64,000 bases of DNA from Tubiluchus corallicola. Its lineage: Eukaryota > Animalia > Priapulida. The notes under the pieces are model-generated. The model was not told the DNA's origin and searched no databases. It saw only the letters and a program-made list of their open reading frames with translations. Below are positions 23,876-37,700 of this stretch, piece after piece. Made by a program: the position numbers and the translations under genes. The number at the start of each line of letters is the position of its first letter. Position 1 is the stretch's first letter. Where the stretch lies: positions 740,066-804,065 of the forward strand of contig JAQGDQ010000011.1 of NCBI GenBank assembly GCA_030141605.1, given 5' to 3'.

Positions 23876-26598
23876 CTTCACTTAAGGTAGAGATTTACGT
23901 TTATATATTTTGTCGCGTGACGTTTTTTATTTGTCTTGTAATGAAAGATGCATTGAAGTCACTGCTTATATATATGATTTAGCACTTTGGCTTAAAATTA
24001 TTTTGCGATTTAATAGCTAAATTCGAGTTGTAAAACAAAAAAACAGTAGGTTTTCTTATTTAATTCGTTTGTGGAAGTGCAGCACAATTTAATTTAAAGT
24101 TAAACAATACCGTATAGTGATCAAAAATGTAGGAAATTTTAGTGAATTAACTGCATTATTAGGTGATTAAAGTTGTTAAAGCATTGCACACAGCTACACA
24201 CTTATTTTGATGTGTTGTTGCAGCCCGATTCCTGTCCGAATTCAGTGCAAGTTGTTTCTAACAGAAAATTAATAGGATCAACGACCCTACAGTAGTAAAT
24301 TACTTTCTAAATTAACTCAACCTGATTTTTTTTCAAAAAACACGTTTTTTCCCGCCATTTTATTCGGATCATTGTACTGCGTACAAATACTAGGTCGTAT
24401 GTAACGTAAGTTTTACTCATATTTGTAAGTTTTGTGTAACGTGGCACAAATGCACCTGCGCTGCTATAATCTTCGCTTTTCTAGCGCGCATGGTGCCGGG
24501 TTGGTTATTATAAACCATGAAAGTAATTTTCCTCTTGTATTATGCCGGTCAGCCGGGTACCATTATTGCCTTGTTTAACGAGATTTTTAGAATAACTCCT
24601 GATCTTACAGTAATTAACCTGAGTAGAATTCGGTCGGTCGCGTTGTTATGTACGCATGCATGCTGTGTAGTAACCGCTATTGCTGAGACTAAGCTAAAGT
24701 TTATTAGCAGAATTTGTAGGTAATGGTGAATATCCTCTCTCTTTCTCTCGTGTTGAGTAACCTTGCCTTGCCAATGCATTAATAAGTATTGATCCCCAAA
24801 GCTCATGAAATGGTAATTTCGTAGCAGTGACGTCACTATTCGGGATACATCGCCTTCCCGAGAATGTTTACAGGATTGAGATATAATAAGTTAATAAGAT
24901 GGTGGATGTAACGCGTTCTTTTTTCGTTAATTTCTTGTTTTCGCATTGTTCAGGCTCATTAAGGCTTTTGCTGCTTAATATTAATGTGATTGTATTTCGT
25001 TTGCTCACTCTGCTGCAGGTTGACTGAATTTTAGGAAAAACTGGTCAAAAATAAAATGATAATAGTCATATGTGTTGACCACGTGTTGATGTTGCTGTAT
25101 TAACCATGCGGCCAATTCAAATTGGATGTATGTTTTGTTAAATTTATATTAAAGCAAAAGTGAACCCAATCATAGACTGTAGGTCAAAGCAATCTACTCT
25201 TTAAAATATTGAAAGGAAACATACCATTTTTTCCAGAATGCCTTACGTGAAAGAATTATTACCACACAAGCACAATTTCGTGTTCGCGCCACTAGTTCTT
25301 CCCTGTTACACGCATTTCGTTATTCTCTAGCTAGACGGGCACTAGCGCCTGCATTTCGAAAGCGCGTTGCACAAAAAAACAGATGCTGTACCTGTCAGTT
25401 CAAGTGCGTTAGTTTGTGATGTTCGACAGCTCATACGTGAGCACAGCGGTAAATTTGAAATTTTAATTTTTGTCTTAAAACTTGCCGAGTATCTTACAGT
25501 AGCACTGTACTTCAATTTTCACTTTCGCAAAAACGTGCAACACACTCGAATATTCTTGCTGTTAAAAATTATGTTAGTTTGTGATGTTATCAATAGTCGG
25601 GCTCATCCGCCGTTATTATTTAATTATCAGAAATGCTTTTGCAGTATTAATTTTATTAAAATGTATACTTTTATCAGACCTGAAAATAGGGTACTATATG
25701 AAAAATCATCCTATGTTCCTCTAACTTATACGTAGTAAACTTACTAAGTTATTTGGTTTTCTCTGTTCTTCTTTGCCACTTCATTAGGGTCGCTAAGGTA
25801 CAGATTTGTGAGTGATGAAATTTCTACTTTCTGCAATGAATGGTAGCAAGCAGTAGTTAGGTATTATACAGTGCATTATAATTATCATGCAATACTTTTA
25901 TTTTATTCTCAAATTCCGACCACAGTAAATACCATTTTCTGGAATTAATTACTTGTGCACGATTAGTGTTTTCTTCACTCATCGGAATTTGTGGGTTATT
26001 TATCAAAAATCAGACATGCATTTGTTAATAAAGAGTGGTAAACTTTTCGATGGCAATGATGATGTGTTGGTATAGACAATGGCAGTGGTACATTGATGAT
26101 ATCACACCACAGTGTTTTTGTATTAGTTAGTTATCGCAGCCATAAGTCATTTTAAGCATGACCCCTTTAAGTGGATGTTTATTTTCACGTTTTGCGCAAT
26201 CAAGTTTATTTTAGATGTGCCTTAACTGTGTGCATGCGAATAGCTTTGCTTTTAATGTAAGTGCTTTGTTTAATTATTAAATAATAACGTAGCAGTGAAG
26301 ACAAATTCGCACATTTCAGTTCTAAATTTCAAGTCCTGAATGAAAACGTATTGTCTTTTTAACTCTCATAATAGTTATGAAGCTGATGTTTTGATTTTCT
26401 TATATTATTTCTTTTTACCAAAACTGTTTCTTTGTATAATATTATGATCGCCGCAAACTTTACGATGTTTCTATGTGGTTATTTTCTTGATTGGTACAGC
26501 AGTGTAATTTTACTCACAAATTATATTCCACGCTCATTATTATGCGGGAAATATTGCGTTGCCCAGTTTTACGCGCTCTTCGGCATATTTTGCAAGGC

Positions 26599-26712
26599 TT
26601 TTTATGGTTTCGCTCAGCTGACAGCTGATTGGCCGGTTGTATATTTACAAGAAAAGTAGTCCGGCACTCAGATATTGATTACATCAGTCAGCTGTTAGCG
26701 CCAAGCGTAAAA
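26599..26712 (+). other. Imperfect long stem-loop
   Basis: GCTGACAGCTGATTGG (26617-26632) pairs with TCAGTCAGCTGTTAGC (26684-26699), 16 bp including 3 G-U pairs. Additional helices: TTTTATG/CGTAAAA outside and GCCGG/CCGGC inside. Confidence 0.5.
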
Positions 26713-28109
26713 TAATAATTTACAATCTACGGTGTGGCGTTTCAATTTTAGGATCGTTTGTTGGATGTATAAGATTCAAACATTATATAAATTACCTTGA
26801 TTATAATTTCTGGAAAGCGTTACTATTAAAATACATAAAACTAAATTGAGACTGAATTTTTAGACGAATCCGGTCAGGTGAATTATATAAAATATTGCTG
26901 CCGAAATTTCTGGGAATTATAAACTCTTACGATTAGCGTGTGGCGTGATATATTACGTGCCCTATAAACAACTCGGCTCCTAGTTGCATATTTCTCACGT
27001 TTATGTATTTATATTGTATCTCAATTTAATAATATGTTTGTTTATTAAACCATAGAATTGAATATAAAAACTGTATACTCTAGGGACTGTATGGAAACTG
27101 CATACGGTATAATATAAGAAAGGAACACAGCCACTTTGAATAAACTGCATAATAGTTTTAAATACAGAAGTTTTATTTCGCTTGCAGCATTAGCGATGCG
27201 TACTAATTTTTCTTTAATTTATACTTGGACATTATGAAAATATTCTACTTTCATTTCGTTGTTACATATGCGGCAAACTGTGCACGAAAAATCGAAAATT
27301 TCCGCGTCAGGATTATATAGATTGCAATTTAAGAATTTTATTACTAGAATTGTATAGCTAATACTTTTGTGCGCGAAATACTTCACTAAATCACATGAAT
27401 GTAATAATTTTATTCTAATAATTTGTTGAACGTTGTTGCGTGGTAGTATAATTCCTTTCAAACAAAAATTCTTCACTTCTTGTATCTTGCTTAAATAAAT
27501 TCTCCTCATGGATGAGTTTCTTTTTGTTCAGTGTAGTATCCTGTATTGCATTGTATAAAAAACAATAAAAATTATTACCAAAATTAACAATAAATGTGCC
27601 GGATTAAAATATGAAATTTCATAAAAAGTTTACAACGCACATGTAAATGTGAGGGATTTTCAAATTGGAATTCGGTTCTTAAACATGATCTTTTGTACAA
27701 GAAAATGTTGACAAAATATTTCATATTTACCACAATTCACACGTGATATGTACGTAATTTCACTAATTTGTAACTTCTGTTAATATTCATATACCTAACA
27801 CTTAGAGTTTGTCAAGTTTACAACATGTATGCAAATTTATTTTAAATTTTCTGATTTAAATGTAAAAAAAGATGCGTGGAATGAGTATGATTCTATCGCA
27901 TCGGTCTTGACTATGAACCACGCTAAGTGGTGTTGCATGCATTCTCTATAAAATCTTATCTCTTTTGTTTTCGTCCTTAGGTCATCATCATGCGCCATTT
28001 TGTTACACCTTCCTGCCTTTTCATAATTTATTGAAATCTCAGCAATCGCACTTTCTTCCACTTTGTTGTTTTTTTTAAATTGCCTCACCGCTTAACTTAA
28101 ATATTGCAT

Positions 28110-28170
28110 TTATTAGAATTGTGTTTTTGTGTATTTCCGGTTATTAGAATTGTGTCTTCTGTATTTGCAG
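28110..28170. repeat. Tandem duplication, 2 x ~31 bp
   Basis: TTATTAGAATTGTGT...TGTATTT repeated at 28110 and 28141. Confidence 0.75.
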
Positions 28171-31100
28171 CAGGTGGGATTTTCAAAAATGAGGTCAATT
28201 TTTAGGTCATTGGTATACGGTATATTATTCAATGTAAAATTTACTAGTTGCGTGTTTTGTTAGAATATCCTGTAATTAGTGCAAATTTATATATAGACGT
28301 CCACATATATGTATCGAAACATGTGGAGTATAGTTTGAAGAGAGATTGGAGACTGTATAGTTTGTTAGCTACTTTCTGCATGGATGACTATCTAAACTTA
28401 AAGAAAGGACAAGTCACTTAGCATGTTGGGTTTATATTATTGTTATCACTTAAACTTAGAAAAATATAATAAAGAAATTTGCAAAAATCTGTTTATAAAG
28501 CGTAAAGTTAATTTGTGCTACCGCTGTATAGAAATTTTCGGACGCCGTTCACTTGAAAATTATGACGTAACTAACTGGTGGACTTCGTGACTCTGTAAAT
28601 GCGCGCTACTTAAACCGTTGCAAACTTTTGCAGTTTACCTGATATTCATGCAAGAATGTGGCAAAATTGGCTCTATATAATTTTTTGTAAACTTATTATA
28701 CTTTTGACTGAAATTGACAGTGGGCTGCTTTTCTTCAGCCGATGAACGACGTCATTGGTGGAAGAATAGGCGTTCAAAATGGGAGCGCCCAAGCGTAAAA
28801 TGATCGAGACTTTAAACTGATTTTACTAATTACACAAGGCGTTTATCGCATTTTTATTACTAAATCCCTCTAACATTTTTCGCGAACATTGAAATAAGCT
28901 TAACTTTGCAGAAAATTTGGCCTTTCCCGTAAGTTCCAGTCTTTCCAGCGCCAGAAATTTCTACTTACTACCAAATATACACATTTTTCGGGTCTTTTCT
29001 GTGTAGGCTAAAGCGTGCTATTAAATAGTTTTAAATAAAATATTCATCTTTTCTTTTCGTACTGTATATTGTGCAAGTTTGAATGTTTGTTATTTCTTTT
29101 AGTCTGAAAGTTTAATGATCAACGAAAATTGAAATCACTAATTTTATTCAGCAATGACGTTTGTTTGCTTGAAGCCAGTCATTTAGGTATGCTCTTTGTA
29201 CATTATCTGTGTAATTTGGTGCGCCATTGAAATTCGTGTCCTGAAACGACGGCGCCTTTTCAAATTTGTTGTTCTGTGATATGCACCATTTTTGAGCTTG
29301 TAAAAGGGTAGTTTGACTGCGGCCACTTGTTTATGTATAATTAAGTCAGCCGTATTACATATCACCTGAGTGAGATCATCGCAGAGCTGTAATTGAAATT
29401 CTGTTGACAGCGGTAAAACAGGCCAACTATTTTACGTTAATTCCTCTGTACGTTAATTACAAATTCCAGTGAGTAATTCGTTTAATTAATGGACTCACCA
29501 ACGCCGAGGTACAGTGTGTATGAAATTGGGCAGCTGATGTCTGCTTCCGCCGGAGAAACTATTGTGTGGGATTGTACTCCAGTGAAACGGGATCCGTACA
29601 AAAAAAATAAAGAAAAGAAGAAAGAACAAAACGTGGTTGCCCGAAGTGAGTCGTAAACTTGTTTTTAGCCCCCTAAGCTCAGCTTGTGTATAGAATAGAT
29701 AACAGGATACACTATTATCTTAATCCTTGGTATTATTCTATGGGTTAGGGCGTTAGACTGGCTTAGATTTTATTGAAAAAAAAACAATTTATGTTAAGCA
29801 ATAACTTAAGTTTATTAAAACATTTAAATTAGTCAAACTATTATGGCTGTGTGGGCACTGGGTGTGACTAACAATTGTTTTACGTGGAGAAGATAATAAA
29901 AAATTATAACCTATAACCTTGATTTTTCTTGATAGTTTTGCTATATTTGAAATAACGCGTTGTGCTGTTATAATTTGATGTAAACTTATAGCAAAATTAT
30001 CTATCGTCAATTCTGAATTTTGATATCGTTTAAATATACACTAGCAATATATACTTTTGAGATATAAATGTATAGTGCTAAATATAAATTCTTTTTTATG
30101 TTACATAACGTTGTATTGTTATTCGCGTTTTTAAACTTTTGCGTTATGGTATTATATACTTATTTTACAAATTTTTGCTGATTGATGATCTGTAGTGATC
30201 TAGGCTATTTTGCATTTGACTAATGTTGCTCTCGAGATTGCTTATAGTTTGAGTTTATTTACTCAGTATGTTATCATAAATGTGTTTAGTTTAGCTCTTA
30301 ATCCGGTTATTTATTTCGGTTTATTTGTGCGTTTTTCTGTTTTAATTTTTAGTGTCTTAGTTGTAAGGTGTTGGGCAAAGGACTTTCTTGAAAACAAGCT
30401 GTATTTTTGTTGCTTAAGAATTTCTGGTACATACAATTTTTAAAATAAATAAACAAAAAATAAAATACTAGTCGCAGACATGTAATTAATTACCTTTATA
30501 CATGTATAGTTACAGTCATGATAACGTAGATGCTTTGTATGATAGTCAGTCTCGGTCGAAATGTTCAGCTACGTAGATCATGCACATTGATTGATTATGT
30601 ACATAAACTTGTGCAAAAATTTAGCCTGTACTATTGGCTTAAATGGCATTATTGTCCTTTGTGGGTTGATAGTTTTGATTTTTTTTTCTTCTTTAAGCGT
30701 ATTTTTATTACGTGATTAGTACGTGAGGGTACATAACGGACATATCTCACCTGGGTGAACTAACACCTGCTTACCTGTTTGGCATGAGAAAGTCTCTTAA
30801 TTGCATCTGTTCCCTGCAGGACCGCACAGCGTTGGGGATGTTGTAGTTTAGGGAAGGTCGTTACCCTAGTGCGCCCGCGGGCTTCACCATTAAGTTGATT
30901 TGTGCCAACAAGAGGGAAAATTCTCGTTTCTGTGTAGGGGAAAAATTTGTGAGAATTGTTGGAGAGAGACGAAGAGCATTGGGGGAAGCAGCAGAGTACA
31001 GAATCCAGCAGCAGCAGCAGTGTCGTTGCACAAATACATCGATTTTGCCTCTCAGTTCATTCGCCTCTTTTGCAATTACTGAGCTCTGAGTGGGTACGTA

Positions 31101-31263
31101 GAAAGGCTCCTCCATCCTCCACTTTCGAATTGTGCTCTGAAAAGTACCGCTTTTTTGAAGTTTGCTTGAAAATTTGTCGTTTGTTTACCACTAGAGCGTG
31201 TGAAGTTTATAGCCTTTGATATTTGTTTGTATTAAATTCTGTACATGGTTTGATACAAAAATG

Positions 31264-31710
31264 TTAAAAGAGGAAGAGAAGGCAATTTTAAAGGACATCC
31301 CAAAAAAATTCCCATGCAGAGTTATATTACTTAGCATTACGCTTACCTGCTTGAAAGACTTGTGTAACTAGAAAAGAAAATTATTAGTAATACAAAATAT
31401 TCGTACAACCTGTTAAAACGACACTGCTTCATCATTCCATTGTGCACCACTGATTCACCAAAAAGTATATTGTTGATCTTATAATATAAAGTAATTTATA
31501 CTTTTGCTTAGTTAGTGAAGAGTGTGCTACGAATGCTCTGATTTTTTTTTCAAACTTTGTGCAATGTTACCTAAACTTGTTTCAAATGAATTAACCGTTA
31601 GAATGGCTCCACGTAACGATTATCAGGAGCATTCAAGATTTATTGACTTATATGCTAACACAGCTCTGCATAATAAGGCAATATATAAGTGATACAAAAT
31701 TTCAAGACGG
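31264..31710 (+). mobile_element. Dispersed repeat copy A, TTAA-anchored non-autonomous DNA transposon (Kolobok-like)
   Basis: Collinear with 42106-42560 (TTACTTAGCATTAYGCTTACCT, TGAAAGACTT, TGCACCACTG..TCACCAAAAA, AATATAAAGTAATTTA, GAAGAGTG, AATGGCT). Both copies start at TTAA followed by a purine run. Confidence 0.78.
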
Positions 31711-34700
31711 GTTTTCATGTGCTTTAGTTACATTCGCGTCATATTTGTGAATGTGTATGCTTCGCAGTCTGCACTCAGGCCCAAGAACGAGGAGTCTAGG
31801 AAAATTGTGTTTAAATAATTTACAAGAATTCAGACAACGAAAACACGGTTTCCTTTTGTCTGATCATTAAATGTGTAACCTACCCCCTATTTCTCATTAA
31901 TCGTAATATTTGTAATTTTTGATTGCTCTATTGATAAAACTGTAAGTAGGCCGATGAACCAAAATTGGCTATACCAGCTTTTTTGGAAAATTGATAACTA
32001 AATACTTGATAACTGAGAACTGATGTTTTTGAGAGTTGTTTGTATTAAATTCAATACAGTTTTATGCTAAATTCATTACATTTAACCAAAATTTCTGTTA
32101 ACAGTGCACGATGCAGTGCATAGCTTCGGCAAAACCCTTTCCTTGCTCATCAAGGAGTTACATTGTTTAAGTATTTATAGCTTTGTTTCGTTAGAAACAT
32201 TAACTGTGCAACAGACATATTACAACAACATAAAAATTAAGAAAAAACAACTCACACTTTCACTATATAAATAGATAGGCATGGTGAAAACAGGTAGCGT
32301 GCTGTGACTAGTTAGTTGATGAGCTGGGCAGAGTTGGGCCTGTTGGGACATGTTTGGAATTGCTTCAGCTTGAAGATAATGTAGGAAGGGTCTCCCGGAT
32401 GGGTATATCCATGGAGTTCATTAACTTCACGTCTGACTTTGGCAGGTGCATCTTCTTAAAAGGCTTGCAGCTGTTTGTACTGGCGTCAGGTGCCAGGTGT
32501 GTAAATGAAGGTGTGGAGCAAACTGTACATGGGTATTAGCATTCCAGAGAATTGTTATTGCATTCTTGAATCACTTGGATTACACTCTTAAATTCACAAG
32601 ATTCATTGGGAAACAACTAAATCAGGCTGAAATCGTAAAATGCAAAATTTATTTCGGTTCATTTTTTAACTAGAGCTAAATAAACTGGTAAAGAAACCGG
32701 CTTTGTTGATTTTGTTGCAACTAAATGTTGCAGAAGGGCTTTAGATACAGTAAAGGCGAGCTATAGAGTGTGCGTACGTGTGCGTGCGTGTGTGTGTGAG
32801 AGAGAGAGGCCAGCCTATGGAAACAAAAGAATGTGCCATCATTCACATGTTTTGGTTGTCACAAAATGAAAAGAGCTCCCCCACAAGAGAAAACACATGA
32901 TGTAGGATGTCACTTGAACTGGTTCTGGAAATGTGGTACATTCTTTTTTGAAGACTTTCTTAAAAAGTCATCGGTTATTTTGGTAGTGTGTGATTTTAAC
33001 AAGATAGCTTTGCCGTAAAGCTTTTTGGCATTATCCTCGCAAAACCTGCATTAACAACTTCATAGATATTATAAATTTTAAACTAGATTTGCCTAATCTT
33101 TATTAGTTTGCGCGAATTTTTAGTTGAAATAAATTTGTGTTTTTTATGATGATTTCAGTTTGGCTTTTTTGACAAACTTTATATGATTGCGGTCATTTTT
33201 TTCAATTCCAAGGTCAATTTGCTTCTGAGATAAAAAATTTGAACCTGCTGAAAGTAGTTTGGGTGGAATTACAGTTACGCTGATCAATAAATGTTTAGCG
33301 TTTTATGGCCTTTATGGGTACATGCAGCTTACAACTACAAACTTATTATATTGTTGTAAAGCCCCAGGTCTTTGTCATTTATATATGAATGTGGTAGCAA
33401 AGCGATAAAAATAGATTTCTTCCATGTCAAATTATTGCAAAGTAAATGATGATTTCAAAGAATTAAGCTTACTGTATTCACGGTGTTGCTCAGACCAGAA
33501 TAAGCACACATAACTGTTCTATTGTTGCTAATAAGAACCATTAATGAAAGTTTATAATTGCATATTTTGTGCATAATTTAGTATAATGTGTGTAACCATT
33601 GCCGTAGAATCACAGTGGTTAGTTACTTGCACTGTTCTAAGTGGCTTAGGTGTATTTCAACTATACTGCAGTTAGCGGTTTTCGGCCCACGACATCCTGT
33701 CTGGGCTGATAGACAGAAAGCGGAATCGAAAATGATGCATCTTGCAAATCAAGCTTACATAGTACATGAGCACAGCCTGGTAATCTTCATTTGACAAGTT
33801 GGCATGAGTCATTCTTTCAACGGCAACAAAACTGAATACAAAATCCGGCCATGGGTAGCACGTTAACTCACGTTTCATGAGATATAATTGCCCGTTGATA
33901 GTGTTATTATTATTATTCCCGGGTGTTACTTTTAACGTATTAATGAGTTTATTGTGCAAAATCTATAACCTGTTTTGCATTATTCGTTGGTGAATGTGGC
34001 CCTGAAATCTGGTTTGAATGTCAATTAATTTGTCTTGCTTCTTTTTCTTTTTCATGTGCTTTGCTGCTTGCTGATGCCTGCTGCCCTCTATGTTTTGACC
34101 ATGGCTGTATATATACTAGGTAAGTACAATAATAATAGTTTGCAGTTCTACATGTGATGACAGAATATTTTTTGTACTTTTCTGCTACGTATTTAATAAT
34201 TATTGAATGGAACTTTCGAATCTTTTGTGCTTCATGAGAACGTACTGTGTTTGCTATGTGTACGTTGTTCATGCTAGTAGGTTGCTTATTGTAAGGTCAC
34301 ATTGACAAACTAGAACAAATTCATAATTTGGGTAGACTGAGACTTATTATTTAGTACTGTAGAAAGCCGTGCATTTTCATCATCATCAGTCACCGTACGT
34401 CATCGTCATCGCTATGCATCATCAACGCCAGTCTGTTCTTTGTCACATGCCTTCTGCTTGGCCTTCTACCTTGGGACTTGTAAAAAAAATTGCTTAAAAC
34501 TAACGTTATGAATTAAAAAATGACAGTATGTTGGTGCACCCTTAAATACAGTACATTAATATTTGCAAGGTAGTCATTGAATGCAGTACAACGGTAAATA
34601 CGGCTGTGAGTTTGCCAGCCATTGCACTGGGGAAAACTTTTATTAGAAACATAAAAGCAGATGTTTATAACTGAGCGTGATTCATTCTCCGTGCGTATTT

Positions 34701-37700
34701 CGTTAAATTACGGGAAAACCGTTTCAGGGAAAATGTGAGGTTTTACGTCGAAAATCGTTAATGTTGCGGCATACCTTACCAACGAGAAGATATTGCGTCA
34801 GTTCTGCAAGGAAATTGCTGAATTCACATCTTGTTTTTATTGTTGAAATAACGCCTGTACGATTTTTTTTTATTCCTTTAATTAGCATGATATAATCGAG
34901 AACTTAACCATATCCATTCCCACATGAAAAACGAGCGGGTTGTAACTGAAATAAGACACCCAGTGCCTGGAAACAATAGCAGTGGCTGTGGCTGCGGCAG
35001 TAATTTAACTGTAGTAATTCTTTAATACAGTAATATTTTGGCTTAATAATAAGTCGGTGTGTAAAACGTACAGGAAATGTTAACTATATGCAACTGTATG
35101 CAGAAAAAGAAAATGAAAATTACGAATGGTAAATAACTGAAATGTGAATGTACTTGTGTTTCTTCACTAATTAACAACAATTTACTCGATTTCCATGCTT
35201 CGTTAAAGTGACTGCCAGTCTGAACAATACAAGGTTTGTCACAGTTGTGACTCAGAATTTGTCATACCAGTTCTCAGACATTTCAAGCAGGCAGATATAA
35301 GTATATTATATTTACATACTTTTTTGCTTTGGTTTCTCTAACCCGAAAGTATTCAATTTCCAGTTAGTAAAATTAAAAGAACGTCAATTATAACTCAGAG
35401 GCGCAAATGTGACACAAGAGTGTCGGCTATAAGCATTACCGTTCAGTCCATAGCTAACCGTTTTCTCTCACAAATGTAATCATCCTTCTTCATAAAGTAC
35501 AAATTAGGTATAAAAACGGGTATAAATTATTTCCAAATATAATAAATTAGACGTGCCCGCCTACCAACCTGCTTAAAATATTGTTAAAGCTAATTAGTAG
35601 CTTATTGCGCCTAATTTACTATAGTATTATTGAGCTTTAAAACTTTTAAAACAAACATTACCTTCTATAATAAGAAATTTCGGGTATAAAAGTTCAGCAT
35701 TTTACGTGCAGAAAAATTCTCTTAGGACATGTGTACCGCGAATGGACCGTTTAGAAGTTTCTGGGCGTGCTCAGATGTAATCTTCTGGTCAAAACAGATC
35801 AGGTTTTATTTGGCTTTGAAACAATTTCTGCGGATTAGCGCAGTTCATCCCCATGTCGCTGCTTCTGAGCTTATCTTCTAAATCGAATGAGACAAGGAGG
35901 ACAGGACTAACTTCTATATGTTCTTATCATCGCTGCCAGACTGGTACACTTGGACTTTGGAGTTTCTTTATTTTGAAGAAAGTGTTTGGAAATTGGCCAA
36001 GCGAGTTGATGCTTATCAACTCAGCATATTACTCATACTGTTTCTCAAGTGAAGTGTGTAATTTCACGACGGTTAGACAAACATTCTAGATCCGAAATTT
36101 AAAACAAATGTTGAACCTTTTTCGGTCCACACCAATTTTTCTGTGTTTTTCTGTGTTAAATAGCTTACTTTCTAATTCTCTTTCTTGTGTAATTAGGCAC
36201 ATCTTGGCAGTTCCTTAACAGCAATGTGAGCGGGTGATTCAAGCAGTAAGGACATAACTGCATTAAGATTTGTAACTCAAAATGTTAAATGTTGAATAAG
36301 CAAACTTGAGAAACGTGTCCAATTTCCCACAAATTTTAGTAATTTGGCTAATGACCTTGAGTGAATTGTTTAAAATTCATAGGTTATTTTTTTCGAAAAG
36401 TTTTGAGATGTATCTCGGATTCACATGTAACAGCGACGGAGCGGCGCACATGTATATAATTAGTGAAGAGACTGTACCTGCAATAAGGTAACAGTATTAC
36501 AGCCGAAATTCTTTGTTGTCCTGACTTTGCTTGTCTCTGAAGAATGTACTAATTTTTTAGTAAAGAGAATAAACTCAAATTATCAGTACACAGGTTGAGT
36601 TTGGGAGGGAAGAGTCGTTTGTTTAGTAGGTCATTTTTTAACTTGCATGAAGACGAAATTAAGTTGTTCGTTCATCGGTATCTTCCCAAAAGGCCTCCAT
36701 GTTCTAAGGTAATCCAAGCAACTTTGAAATCTTTCGATTTCGCGGAGGGAGGCGGCATAAACTTGTGAAAGCAAAAACTTTTCATCCAAACACGTTTTAA
36801 TTGACCAGTTAATTGTGTTATAGTTAATGACACTGTACCTGTTTCATCCAATTTCGATTCTGCCTATTAAAACGACTGAAAATTGGAGTTACTGTATAAA
36901 TGTCGAATTTAGTTAGGTAACATTAACGACAACAACTGTTTTGACCCAGGAATTAAAAACCTAGCCGCTTATTTAGTGGGTAAAGATAATATAACAGCGG
37001 CTAATTTGTTGGTGAGTGTTATAGTGTCTGTAGTTTATATCTGCGGGAATTGCTGTTTAATTTAATGAAAAGCCTAGACGCTATTATTCTTAGAATTATC
37101 TAATTATTGTTGATAAATTCATGCAGAGCGGACGCTTACAGCGTGGACTATTGCCTGTAAATGTATGTGTTACTAAAATTTTGTATCATACAGAATTCTC
37201 GGCTTTTAGAAACACTGTGTCTGTTTGATATAAATTTTTTTAGACGGGTTATATTAGCGATTGCGCTCTAATAACTGCCGGAGTTGCTGGTATTGTTGCA
37301 CTAGTTAGTAGTTGAATAAACACATAATTAAAGATTGTTGTTTTAATTTTTAAATTTTTTTAATCGTCCTATACGTATACTGATAAAGTGAAACTATGCA
37401 GGTCTCCTAGATTCCTAAACCTTGCTTGTGATAAAGTTTTTGTTTTTCTGTCAACCTGACTACTCATGTTCCTAGAAGTCAGTTTCTTTCCTGTCTTTCC
37501 GACAAAATTTCGAGTTGTTGGAACGTTACCATATTCGCACACTGAACACAACTTTTTACGTTGGAAGAACAAACTAACCGTTATCACTCCGCAGTTTTAA
37601 CCAATTTTGTTTTTGGGCATTTTCAACTATTTTAGGCATGTCGTGAAACTGAAACTGAAACTGGATTTGCACATATCTGGAAAAATAAATAAGGTCACGC

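Noticed and set aside
13879-24826. ~22-nt inverted similarity between 13879-13900 and 24805-24826 (ACG.AATTACCATTTC)
   Set aside because: Too short and AT-rich, with no extension on either side; not enough to claim long-range pairing.
29371-29394. bantam-like sequence TGAGATCATCGCAGAGCTGTAATT
   Set aside because: Seed resemblance only; the upstream sequence does not form a pre-miRNA hairpin.
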